Below, one piece after another: positions 39,746-48,564 of a stretch of 64,000 nucleotides of DNA (positions are counted from its first letter, which is position 1; each line of letters opens with the position of its first letter). Both the position numbers and the translations under genes were made by a program. The notes beneath the pieces are model-generated. The model was given only the letters and a program-made list of their open reading frames with translations. It made no database searches and had not been told where the DNA came from. The stretch covers positions 19,243 to 83,242 of the forward strand of contig JAQVVM010000011.1 in NCBI GenBank assembly GCA_028698995.1. The letters are read 5' to 3'. The stretch is from Bacteroidales bacterium. GTDB lineage: Bacteria > Bacteroidota > Bacteroidia > Bacteroidales > PXBB01.

Positions 39746-41809
39746 TTATTGTTTCTGACTTTGTGCATATCTAAGATTATTTCTTGCCAGTTGATAGTCG
39801 GGTTTGATACTGAGGGCCTTTTCACAGGCTTCAATACCCTTATCCCATTCTCCCATCGCATTATGTGCACTGCAAATATTATTATAGGCTTCAGCATAAT
39901 TAGGCCTTAGATTCAGCGCACTATTGCAAGCTTCGATACATTCGTTGAATCGGCTGTGGTTATAATATATCAAACTTAAATTTAAATAGTTTTCTGGAGT
40001 TGGTTCGTTTAATGCCTGTTGTTCAGCCAATGCTATTTCTAAAGGTTGATCTGATTCTCCAATTTGTTTAAACTGCATTACATACGTGTCTTCAGGGTTA
40101 ATTCTCAGACTCTCCTCTATAAGTGCATTCAACTTATCTTTTAAATTTAAAACTTTGTAAATATTCAATAAAAGATGCCGTGATGATACATGTGCAGGGG
40201 CTAATGATAAAGCTGTTTCTGCATAATGTTGTGCTTCAGTTATCCTGTTATTTGCATACAAAAAATTAGCGTAATAATAATTTGGTTCGCTGTAAGAGCC
40301 CCCATACTGAACAGCTAATTTAAAATGAGATTCTGCTTCTTCTTTTAAACCCAAGGAATTTTTCACTATACCCATATTGATATGCAGGTATGAATAACTT
40401 GGTGTTAAAACCAAAGCTTTATTATATACTTCCAATGCACCGTTTAAATCACCCTTACTCATTAATGCAAGTCCATAATTCATGAGTCCTCTGCCATTTC
40501 TGGGGCTTTTTATGCTTACATCATACCATAAACTTTCAGATGAACTCCACACTTTATTACGCTGTCTGACACCATAAGCATTAGCCATAATAATAATCAA
40601 ACAAACACCTGTTATTATATAACGGGAAATGACATTTTTTGTCAGGAATTTTTCATCTTTCTTTATTAACCAATACCGAATTGTCCAAACAATTGATAAT
40701 GTTAGTCCAACAAATGGGAAAAACATCCTGTGATCGTTAGTTACCTCTGCCAGTGGTATAAAACTGGATGTGGGAAGCAAAGCAAACAAAAACCATAAAA
40801 TTCCCCACGAAACAGCTCTTGTTTCCTTGTTTTTTGAAGAACGAAATGCCCAGTATATAAGAAATGCAATGAAAGAAAAACCAACAATCACTCTTTCATC
40901 GAAAATATTGCTAATTGCATCCCAATCTGTGTCAGCTGATAAGTTGAAAGGAAGAAAAAAGCATATAAAGTATCTGAGATAAACCCATGGTTGTGTAATA
41001 AAATAATCAAATGCAGAAATACCCCCTGGTGAAAAGCTATCAGGTTGCATTCTTATAACAAACACACTCAATAAACCTAAAATAAATAAAGCAGGCATAG
41101 TGCGTATTATTGAATTTCTTAATAGGGGAAATTTTGATTTTACGAAGATATCTGAAAGAGGCATTTTATTCTCAAATAGTAAAATGTAGAAAAACAATAT
41201 AGGTACAAACATGGCTGTTTGTTCTTTAATAAACATCCCTAGTATTACTGGTAAAAGATATGCAAAGCTTTTTCTTTTTAGTGGAAAGCTGATATACATA
41301 TACATGCTTGCAACCACACACAAAGTCGATAATGAATCAGTACGTGATATTATATAGTTTAAAGTTTCTGCATTAGCTGTGTGTATCGCATACCATGCCA
41401 CGGCAAATCCGACAAAATAAATATTGTATTTATGTGTACCGGTTAAATTTGCAAGCTTTGAAAACATTAGAAACATGATTATTATCTGAACAATAAACCA
41501 GAAAAACATGCTTAAATGAAAATAGAAAGGATCAAGACCTCCTCCTAAATAATAATCAAATGCATTTGATAGCGTAATGAGAGGTCTGTAGTTCTGGTTC
41601 ATTGGATTAGAACTAATTGTAGAGGCATCTGAAAAGAATAGCGGGAAATTTTTCAGACTTTTAATATACATATTATTCTCTATAGTATGGGCATCATCAA
41701 AATGAAAAGGGTTGTTGAAGTGATTACTATAGGTTATAATAGTAAAAACAATAATAGCTGAAATAATAGTAATTTTTAATGGTAGATTTTGAGAACTATT
41801 CGGTTTCAT
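39746..41809 (-). CDS. Multi-pass membrane GT-C-fold glycosyltransferase (PMT/TMTC-like) fused to C-terminal TPR repeats
   Basis: First-loop acidic motif FHFDDAHTIENN, then NYRPLITLSNAFDYYLGGGLDPFYFHLSMFFWF (TMTC/PMT-like), and at least 9 predicted hydrophobic helices. The C-terminal ~270 aa carry several TPR units (e.g. AEAYNNICSAHNAMGEWDKGIEACEKALSIKPDY). Confidence 0.7.
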   Translation of the reverse strand: MKPNSSQNLPLKITIISAIIVFTIITYSNHFNNPFHFDDAHTIENNMYIKSLKNFPLFFSDASTISSNPMNQNYRPLITLSNAFDYYLGGGLDPFYFHLSMFFWFIVQIIIMFLMFSKLANLTGTHKYNIYFVGFAVAWYAIHTANAETLNYIISRTDSLSTLCVVASMYMYISFPLKRKSFAYLLPVILGMFIKEQTAMFVPILFFYILLFENKMPLSDIFVKSKFPLLRNSIIRTMPALFILGLLSVFVIRMQPDSFSPGGISAFDYFITQPWVYLRYFICFFLPFNLSADTDWDAISNIFDERVIVGFSFIAFLIYWAFRSSKNKETRAVSWGILWFLFALLPTSSFIPLAEVTNDHRMFFPFVGLTLSIVWTIRYWLIKKDEKFLTKNVISRYIITGVCLIIIMANAYGVRQRNKVWSSSESLWYDVSIKSPRNGRGLMNYGLALMSKGDLNGALEVYNKALVLTPSYSYLHINMGIVKNSLGLKEEAESHFKLAVQYGGSYSEPNYYYANFLYANNRITEAQHYAETALSLAPAHVSSRHLLLNIYKVLNLKDKLNALIEESLRINPEDTYVMQFKQIGESDQPLEIALAEQQALNEPTPENYLNLSLIYYNHSRFNECIEACNSALNLRPNYAEAYNNICSAHNAMGEWDKGIEACEKALSIKPDYQLARNNLRYAQSQKQ

Positions 41810-41815
41810 GCCTTT

Positions 41816-42976
41816 TTAATTTATGATTTTTTCGATTTTTTGTGTAAGGGTTTCCCAATTGTAGTTATTCAATACATACTCATAGCCTTTTGAAGCTATT
41901 TTTTTGCTATAAGATTCATCGTTAAGAAGTTTAGTAATATGTTTAACATATTCTTCAGCATTATTTCCTATCAATATTTCTTTATCTGTTGTTGCATTAA
42001 GTGCCATATTGGCTAATGCTGAAGAAACACATGGCAATTTCATAGCCATGGCTTCTAAAAGTTTATTTTGTAAACCCGTCCCTATTTGCATCGGAGCTAG
42101 AAAAATACGTGATTGTGCATAGCTGTTTCGAATATCTCTTACCCAACCACTTACATGTACATTTTTCGATTGTAAACGCATGACGCTTTTTGAGGGATTC
42201 GCTCCTGAAATCAGTAGCTTAATGTTTGGGCTCTCCTTTATTAACAAGGGCATGATTTCATGTACAATGTACAATACTGCATTAATATTTGGAGGATAGG
42301 CCATGTTTCCGGTAAAAAGCAGTTCATATTTTTTTTCTACCTCCCTCGGTGAATAATAACCTGTGTCAACTCCATTTGGAATAATATGAATTTTTTCTTT
42401 TTCTTTATGGGGTATATAATCACGGTCTGGTTCTGAAATTATGATTTTGTTTGTAAACCTTTCAAACACATGACGTTCGTAATTTAGTAACCTTTTATAT
42501 TCCATCTTAAAAATTGGTTTAAATATAAAAGGTATGATTTGCATCCGTCTTTCAACTCCTTTTGAAAAAACATCCTGATAATCTAGCGTCATCTCAATTT
42601 TTTTTACATCTTTTACGTATTCAGCAACACGTATGAGTTGACAGAAAATATGATCAGGTTGGCTCTGTTCTATTATTTTGTTAATTGATTTTTTTACCTT
42701 GGCATTATAAAAAAAACCTACCTGTAAAGGTAATCCTGTTAAAAATGCTTTTATCAAATTAATAAAAATCCCAATTCTGTTTAATTTAAAAATATGTACT
42801 TCTGTGCAATATTTTTTTAATTCGGGTAAAGCCTCTGGGTGTATCTTCTCACTCGTTAATGCACATAAAATAATTGTGTTTTCTTTGGACAATTCTCTAA
42901 TATGATGAAAAGCCCTTAATTTATCCCCTTTGATAAGTGGATATGGTATTCGCGGCAAAATCATCAGTATCTTCAT
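41816..42976 (-). CDS. GT-B glycosyltransferase, family 4-like (N-terminus resembles the TIGR03087 sugar-transferase subfamily)
   Basis: MKILMILPRIPYPLIKGDKLRAFHHIRELSKEN, with the C-terminal E-X7-E region GLQNKLLEAMAMKLPCVSS. It ends 6 nt before the GT-C/TPR gene starts. Confidence 0.75.
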   Translation of the reverse strand: MKILMILPRIPYPLIKGDKLRAFHHIRELSKENTIILCALTSEKIHPEALPELKKYCTEVHIFKLNRIGIFINLIKAFLTGLPLQVGFFYNAKVKKSINKIIEQSQPDHIFCQLIRVAEYVKDVKKIEMTLDYQDVFSKGVERRMQIIPFIFKPIFKMEYKRLLNYERHVFERFTNKIIISEPDRDYIPHKEKEKIHIIPNGVDTGYYSPREVEKKYELLFTGNMAYPPNINAVLYIVHEIMPLLIKESPNIKLLISGANPSKSVMRLQSKNVHVSGWVRDIRNSYAQSRIFLAPMQIGTGLQNKLLEAMAMKLPCVSSALANMALNATTDKEILIGNNAEEYVKHITKLLNDESYSKKIASKGYEYVLNNYNWETLTQKIEKIIN

Positions 42977-43127
42977 GAATACCTATTTGAGTTTTTTTGC
43001 AAACCTACATTTTTTTTGTAAAAATACAAAATTTCAAATCATATTCGTTTAATTTAAATAAGCAAGATTCAACCATAAATAAAAATGTTACAAATTTTGG
43101 CACAATCCTTGTTTTTGACCGCTCTCG

Positions 43128-43143
43128 TTGATTGGCCAATCAA
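43128..43143. promoter_or_regulatory. Perfect 16-bp palindrome TTGATTGGCCAATCAA (possible dimeric regulator operator)
   Basis: Read directly from the sequence. It lies in the 339-bp divergent intergenic region between the GT4 gene and the LPP20-like operon, and is locally GC-richer than its surroundings. Confidence 0.35.
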
Positions 43144-43247
43144 TTGCCTTATGTTATCCTGTTTTTAACAGATAGCTTATTTTATTTCATTATTCTTAAT
43201 ATTTTATTAAAAAAATAGTTGTTGCCTTTTGTATCACATTGTTTCTT

Positions 43248-43278
43248 TTTGAATTATAAATAAAAAAAATTATTTTTG
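43248..43278 (+). promoter_or_regulatory. Candidate Bacteroidota promoter (-33 TTTG, 19-nt spacer, -7 TATTTTTG) for the 43316..46892 operon
   Basis: TTTG at 43248..43251 and TATTTTTG at 43271..43278, with the ATG 38 nt downstream. Confidence 0.55.
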
Positions 43279-43315
43279 CCAAATTAAATGATTCTAATTA
43301 AAAAAATCTAACACC

Positions 43316-44419
43316 ATGAAAAAGTTATTAATAATAGGTATAATATTATCTGGAATATTGTGTTGCCAGAATCTTGAAGCCCAAAGCCGCAGAGAAAAAA
43401 GAAAAGCACGAAAATCTGAAAAAGAAGCATTACAACGTGCTAGGGAAAGTCAAAATCAGGAAGTTGTAACACCAATAAGACCCGAACAAGTAACAAGACC
43501 CTCAACAGAAACATCACCTCAGGTAGTACCTACCAACTCAACCCTTGAAGATAGAAACCCTCAAACAACAGCACGTCCCGTGACAAGTGCTGCCGGAAGA
43601 AATCCTGCATCTGTTACTCAAATTAATTTGACTGATATTATTGAAAACAGCAGGCCGGTTATTACTCAAACTCAGAACGGAACCCTTAATTGGTCAGAAC
43701 AGTTCATTGAAGCTGTTGGTAGCTCTGTTATTGATACAGTCAGATTTAACAACATTTCTCAGGCTAAAGCCATGGCAACAAGAGGAGCTGTTGTTGTTGC
43801 TCAAAGAAACCTTCTCGAAACTATTCAAGGTGTTCGGGTAACAAGCGAAACAACTGTGAGAGAAATGGTAACTATGAATGATTTTATTTATACAAGAGTA
43901 GATGGCGTTGTTAAAGGGGCAGAAATGGTTGGTGAAGCTGTTGAAAAGAATGGGATGATGGAGGTGCGAATGCGTGTTCAAATGTACAAAAGAAATGGGT
44001 TGGCAGGAGCTCTTTACGAACATATTCCTGAACAACGATCTATTCATATTTCACAGGAAACACAAGATCAATTATCAACTGAAGTTCAAAATCAGCTACT
44101 TCATGCTTTAGCACTCAACCTTAATGGTCAACAGCTTGATCCCGCACTCTTCCCTGTTATCGTTGATGAAAACAATAACCTTGTGCTCGATTTCTCAAAA
44201 TTATACAACCCTAATACAGGAACTTTCCCTCAAATTCTGAACTCTGCCGAACAGCTTTTTACGGACTTAGGCATAAGAGAAGGTGTTGAAGTTATTGACG
44301 TACTTAGAACTGAACCCGGAAAAATTGTACTCGATAATGAAAATATGAAAAAAATTAATTGGAGTAAAATAATTAACACTGCAACTTCTATTGGTAAGTT
44401 TCTGATGCTTTTTATCTGA
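43316..44419 (+). CDS. Secreted LPP20-like domain protein (P1)
   Basis: Signal peptide (possibly lipoprotein: LSGILCC), basic patch QSRREKRKARKSEKE, and a P/T/Q-rich spacer. The LPP20-type pattern is FIEAVGSS....SQAKAMATRGAVVVAQRNLLETIQGVRVTSETTV......VDGVVKGAEMV...MEVRMRV. A ~140-aa C-terminal region of unknown type follows. Confidence 0.75.
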   Translation: MKKLLIIGIILSGILCCQNLEAQSRREKRKARKSEKEALQRARESQNQEVVTPIRPEQVTRPSTETSPQVVPTNSTLEDRNPQTTARPVTSAAGRNPASVTQINLTDIIENSRPVITQTQNGTLNWSEQFIEAVGSSVIDTVRFNNISQAKAMATRGAVVVAQRNLLETIQGVRVTSETTVREMVTMNDFIYTRVDGVVKGAEMVGEAVEKNGMMEVRMRVQMYKRNGLAGALYEHIPEQRSIHISQETQDQLSTEVQNQLLHALALNLNGQQLDPALFPVIVDENNNLVLDFSKLYNPNTGTFPQILNSAEQLFTDLGIREGVEVIDVLRTEPGKIVLDNENMKKINWSKIINTATSIGKFLMLFI

Positions 44420-44464
44420 TAGTTTTAAATTATTACTGCTTTATTTTAAATAAAAAAATATAAA

Positions 44465-45772
44465 ATGAAAAAGATTATAGTATTCTTTCTGATAACTTTG
44501 ATGCTTTTTAGCGTTGATCAGTCTTTTGCTCAAAGAAGAAAAAAAAACAGGAGAACTCCGGTAAATCAAACAACAAGTCCAGTTATCCCAACACCAGAAA
44601 CGCGACCAGCTGTTACTCAAACTCCTTCTCAAACTGTTATTTTATCCAATCAATTAAATCAAGACAGCGACATCAGTGAAGTTGAAGTTAAAGGCGTAGG
44701 TGTCAGAAGAGATGATGCACTGCAAGACGCCCTGAGAAATGCAGTTGGTCAAGCCATGGGGGTTTCTATATCATCACAGTCAACGGTGGAAAATTTTATC
44801 CTTTTAAAAGATGTCATTTCATCAAGAACCGAGGGATATGTTGCTTCTTACACCATTGTAAGCGAAGTCCCATTTCCGGATAGGTATGAAATCACTGTAA
44901 AAGCAAGGGTGAGCCTTTCTCCTTTAAGAGCTGATGCACAAACTCTTGCATTGGCAATTGGTGGAATAAGATTTTTAGTGATGTATGATAGCAGGTCTTT
45001 GGTTGTTGATTCACAGGAAAATTACGAGTTTGCCGTTGAACGTGTCAATGAATTTCTTGCCAATAAAAGGTATAGGTATATTGAAAAAAGAAGATTTGAA
45101 ACACTTCAGAGGGAAGCTATTGGCATATATCAGGACAGTGAAACTAATGAGGAAAGTTATGTGCAGCGTATTGGTATGATGGCAGATGCTCAATTTATTG
45201 TTTTTATAAGCAAAATTAATGTCAGTTCCCGCAGTGAGGCCTTTGATACACGTACCTCAAAAAAAGTATCTGTTGAAATTAAAGCTTATGATAATTGTAC
45301 TGCTGAAGGTCTTGGTACAGTGCTGCTTGAAAGCGACTGGATAAACGCCAGAGATGAGAGAAGTGCGTTGACTGAGGGCATAAAACTAGCTGTTAATAAT
45401 AATTTTGATAAGCTTTTAAACCTATTCAATTCCTATATAGGTAATTGGGTTAATAATGGCACTCCCTATGAATTGAGGTTTTACTCTATTGGTTCTTTTA
45501 GAGATTTTAGAGACTTAAGAGCTAAAATGCTTGAAGACCCACGTTTTGGTGGTCAGCTCGAAATCCTTAGTTTTAATAACTACACCAAACTTAATTTGAC
45601 TTTTAAAGATAAACCTGATGAACTGGCTTATAAAATTCTTGACTTTGCAGATGCTATCCCTGAATTTAAAGATAAGGTTCTTGATGTTAAACTTATTTAT
45701 GGAAGACAAATCAACTTTGCACCCAGAAATGTTAATGTTCCTGATCTTCAGGTAGTTCCTCAATCACGATAA
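44465..45772 (+). CDS. Secreted multi-domain protein with LPP20/FlgT-N-like domain and CsgG/FlgO/LpoB-like segments (P2)
   Basis: Signal peptide ending SFAQ, basic patch RRKKNRR, and a P/T-rich spacer. Then EVEVKGVGVRRDDALQDALRNAVGQAMGVSISSQSTVEN....TEGYVASYTIVSE...YEITVKARV. Later segments are IGGIRFLVMYD and MMADAQFIVFISKINV. Confidence 0.7.
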   Translation: MKKIIVFFLITLMLFSVDQSFAQRRKKNRRTPVNQTTSPVIPTPETRPAVTQTPSQTVILSNQLNQDSDISEVEVKGVGVRRDDALQDALRNAVGQAMGVSISSQSTVENFILLKDVISSRTEGYVASYTIVSEVPFPDRYEITVKARVSLSPLRADAQTLALAIGGIRFLVMYDSRSLVVDSQENYEFAVERVNEFLANKRYRYIEKRRFETLQREAIGIYQDSETNEESYVQRIGMMADAQFIVFISKINVSSRSEAFDTRTSKKVSVEIKAYDNCTAEGLGTVLLESDWINARDERSALTEGIKLAVNNNFDKLLNLFNSYIGNWVNNGTPYELRFYSIGSFRDFRDLRAKMLEDPRFGGQLEILSFNNYTKLNLTFKDKPDELAYKILDFADAIPEFKDKVLDVKLIYGRQINFAPRNVNVPDLQVVPQSR

Positions 45773-45782
45773 TAAAAAATAT

Positions 45783-46892
45783 ATGTTTAATTTAAATTCT
45801 TTGAAAATGAAAAAAAATCTTTTAATCTTGTCTATCTTTCTTATTATTGCCCTTAATGGTTTTTCTCAGTCTGCTTCTTTAACAATTTTTAGTCAGGATG
45901 GAGAGAAATTCTGGGTTATTATGAATGGCATCCGTCAGAACCAAACACCAAGCACAAATGTTGTTGTAACAGGTTTAACCGAAAATAATTACAGAGTAAA
46001 AATTATTTTTGAAGACGAGGCAATTGCTGCTATTGACAAAAATATCAGCCCTGTAGGTGTAGATGGCTTGTATAGTCAAACACAGGTGATTCGTAAAGAC
46101 AGGAAAGGAAAATATGTGCTGAAAATGAGTAGTTTTGAAGAAGTTTCTGCCGCTCAACCCGCCGGAAATTCTTCTCAGGTTTTTGTGCCTTATACAACAC
46201 AAGAAAGACCGGTTGCAACCCAAACTGTTACAACTACCCAAACCAATGAAACAATACAGACAAGCGGTGTTGTTCAAACTAACATAAGTGCCGATGATGA
46301 TAGGGCTAGCACAGGTGTTACAATTCGTGATCCTGAAACAGGTGAAGTAATTAATGTGGATGTTGATATGGGTGTTAATGGAATTGGTATGGATATGAAA
46401 ACACCCGAAGGAGACGTTGGAGTTAATATGAATGTAGATATGAGAGATAATTCAGGTAGAGTTACAACAACAACTACCACTACTACCTCTGTAACAACAT
46501 CTACTGCTGTTGATAGCAGAGATTGGGACGAAATGCCTCCTGTAAATCAACCTCCAACATATGTTCTTCCAGGATATAATGGCCCTGTGGGTTGTCCGAT
46601 GCCTATGTCAGATGCAGATTTTAACATGGCGAAAAATACAATTTCCTCTAAAACATTTGAGGACAGCAAACTGACTATTGCAAAACAGATAACTTCCTCA
46701 AATTGCCTCTTGAGCCGACAGGTAAAAGAAATTATGTCACTATTCAGTTTTGAAGACTCAAAATTAACTTTTGCAAAACATGCTTATACTTATACTTTTG
46801 ATATCGGCAATTACTATATTGTAAACGATGCTTTCACTTTCGAAATGACCATCGATGAATTAAATGAATTTATTTCCAATCAAAGGCGTTAG
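45783..46892 (+). CDS. Secreted DUF4476-domain protein (P3)
   Basis: Signal peptide MKKNLLILSIFLIIALNGFSQ; the true start may be the ATG at 45807. An N-terminal beta-domain (LTIFSQDGEKFWVIMNG...YRVKIIFED) is followed by a T-rich spacer. The C-terminal tandem helices SDADFNMAKNTISSKTFEDSKLTIAKQ...SRQVKEIMSLFSFEDSKLTFAKHAY are typical of DUF4476. Confidence 0.75.
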   Translation: MFNLNSLKMKKNLLILSIFLIIALNGFSQSASLTIFSQDGEKFWVIMNGIRQNQTPSTNVVVTGLTENNYRVKIIFEDEAIAAIDKNISPVGVDGLYSQTQVIRKDRKGKYVLKMSSFEEVSAAQPAGNSSQVFVPYTTQERPVATQTVTTTQTNETIQTSGVVQTNISADDDRASTGVTIRDPETGEVINVDVDMGVNGIGMDMKTPEGDVGVNMNVDMRDNSGRVTTTTTTTTSVTTSTAVDSRDWDEMPPVNQPPTYVLPGYNGPVGCPMPMSDADFNMAKNTISSKTFEDSKLTIAKQITSSNCLLSRQVKEIMSLFSFEDSKLTFAKHAYTYTFDIGNYYIVNDAFTFEMTIDELNEFISNQRR

Positions 46893-46913
46893 TCTGATTT
46901 TTCTTAACTCTTT

Positions 46914-46949
46914 AAAATGCCCGTAGAAAAATGTACGGGCATTTTTTTT
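46914..46949 (+). terminator. Rho-independent terminator closing the three-gene operon
   Basis: ATGCCCGTA (46917..46925) pairs with TACGGGCAT (46934..46942) across an 8-nt loop and is followed by a T8 run. It begins 22 nt after the stop codon. Confidence 0.8.
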
Positions 46950-47472
46950 AATTCTTCAAGTAAGAATATCAAATTTACCCATATATTGATTATAAGTATT
47001 TAGGGTCTGTTTATTATAAAAAGAAGTAAATTTTTCCCATTCATTTTTCCACATTTTCCTCCAAAGCTTTTACTTTTTTATCAAGAGATATGAGGATATT
47101 GTATATATTTGAAAAATAATCAAAAAGCTCTTAAATGATACTCGACAACAACCAAAAAAAAGATTAAAGTACACGAATGGAAAACTCAAAACATAACATC
47201 AGGGCATCAGATTGATCAAATACTAATAGGCAGTCCAAATAATGCAATTCAAAATAAGCTTTAATTAATTGTAATCCAAATTAACACTAAAAAATCAATA
47301 GGAGATGACACCACAACTTTAGAAAACTGATTGATGAGACTGCTTTCAACCTCCATAATTTGACTTATAAGGAAATAAAAGTGGTTTGACCAGAGTTTCG
47401 GTTGAGTGAGGAGGAGTATGAGAAGGTAAAAATTGAATAAATATATAGAACTGGTCACTTTAAATATCTATA

Positions 47473-48408
47473 ATGAAGTTAATGAATGAAAAAATAAAAA
47501 ATTTTGATTTTAATAATTATACAAGGGATGACTTAAGTTTATTCAATGATTTTGATAAAGTACCTGTAATATTATACAAACTACCGGTTGGAACAGAAAT
47601 TTTTCGATGTAGAAAAAATTTAAATTATTCAGATGCATATTACTTTGAAAAGGAGATATCATATAGAACTGATTTAAAAAATATTAAAACAATAGGTCGT
47701 TGTAATTTACTTCATAATTCTTTGTTTTATGCTTCAATCTTTACACCTGAAATTGATAAACCTTACATTGTTTCTCTATTTGAAACCAGCAAAAATATAA
47801 GAGATGGTTTAAATGGACTAGAATTCTTTACTATTGGTAAATGGATTATTAAAAATGAAATCGAAGTTGCATCAATAATTCCTGACACAAATATTGATTT
47901 ATCTTCAAATATTAATATTAATTTAATTGATGGACAAAAACAGTTTATGAAAGTAAATTCATTTACCTCAGATCAATATGAATTTTATAGGTTAATGGGA
48001 AAAGAATTTACTAAAGTTGTAAATAAAAAAATAGATTTTGAATATATTTTATCCGCTACATTTACTAAAATAATATTAACTCACCCAGAAATTACTGGAT
48101 TACTCTATCCATCGGTTCAAACAAAATATAAAGGATATAATATAGTCTTTAAGCCAGCTTCAGTAGAAGATTCATTAAAACTTGATAGTGTTGTTTTTGG
48201 TGCTTTTTGCATATTTAATTCATTTTCTACTTTTTTCCCTTTATACTTTGCACTATTAAATGACGGTATTCCCTTTAAATGGAAAAAATATGAAGAACCA
48301 TTTTATGATAATCAGAAAATAATTGATATAATTAATAAAAACGGTGTAGAAAATAGGACTATTATAGATATTTTAATGGAACAGATAAAAAGATTAAAAT
48401 ATGAATAA
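47473..48408 (+). CDS. RES-domain family protein (orphan; putative NAD+-targeting toxin-like fold)
   Basis: The R/E/S signature sits in typical contexts: GTEIFRCRK, IGRCNLLHNSLFYAS, SLFETSK, and GLLYPSVQTKYKGYNIVFKP. The gene is visibly more AT-rich than the flanking core genes. No partner ORF is adjacent upstream. Confidence 0.55.
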   Translation: MKLMNEKIKNFDFNNYTRDDLSLFNDFDKVPVILYKLPVGTEIFRCRKNLNYSDAYYFEKEISYRTDLKNIKTIGRCNLLHNSLFYASIFTPEIDKPYIVSLFETSKNIRDGLNGLEFFTIGKWIIKNEIEVASIIPDTNIDLSSNININLIDGQKQFMKVNSFTSDQYEFYRLMGKEFTKVVNKKIDFEYILSATFTKIILTHPEITGLLYPSVQTKYKGYNIVFKPASVEDSLKLDSVVFGAFCIFNSFSTFFPLYFALLNDGIPFKWKKYEEPFYDNQKIIDIINKNGVENRTIIDILMEQIKRLKYE

Positions 48409-48564
48409 TTATCATTATTTATGAACTACTACAACACTAACCTCGCCCCCGAATATTACGTCCTGTCCACGCTTTACTGGCTTATCTTTGATTTTCAAGT
48501 ACAGGATTTTGATTTAAAGACGAAATGAAATAATAAAACAATACATAAAAAAACCTTTATATTT

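Noticed and set aside
39700-39897. 65-aa minus-strand ORF overlapping the 3' end of the GT-C/TPR gene
   Set aside because: It is an alternative frame overlapping a well-supported gene plus an AT-rich spacer. There are no recognisable features.
44539-44547. A9 homopolymer 25 codons into P2 (also T10 at 36183..36192 upstream of the 3522-aa gene, and T9 in the signal-peptide codons of the 1..3906 gene) considered as slipped-strand phase-variation switches
   Set aside because: Comparable runs occur in housekeeping genes (e.g. A8 at 38113..38120 in spoT) and throughout the AT-rich spacers, so they are most simply compositional. Without population read data there is no evidence of length variation.
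47261-47458. 65-aa minus-strand ORF in the spacer upstream of the RES-like gene, considered as a possible antitoxin
   Set aside because: It is on the opposite strand, gives a Leu/Ile/Phe-rich low-complexity translation typical of AT-rich non-coding DNA, and has no HTH-like pattern.
48421-48528. 35-codon ATG ORF (MNYYNTNLAPEYYVLSTLYWLIFDF...) in the locally GC-richer spacer between the RES and RhuM genes
   Set aside because: It is too short, has no recognisable motif or promoter, and may be a gene remnant. It is mentioned only as part of the islet-debris observation.
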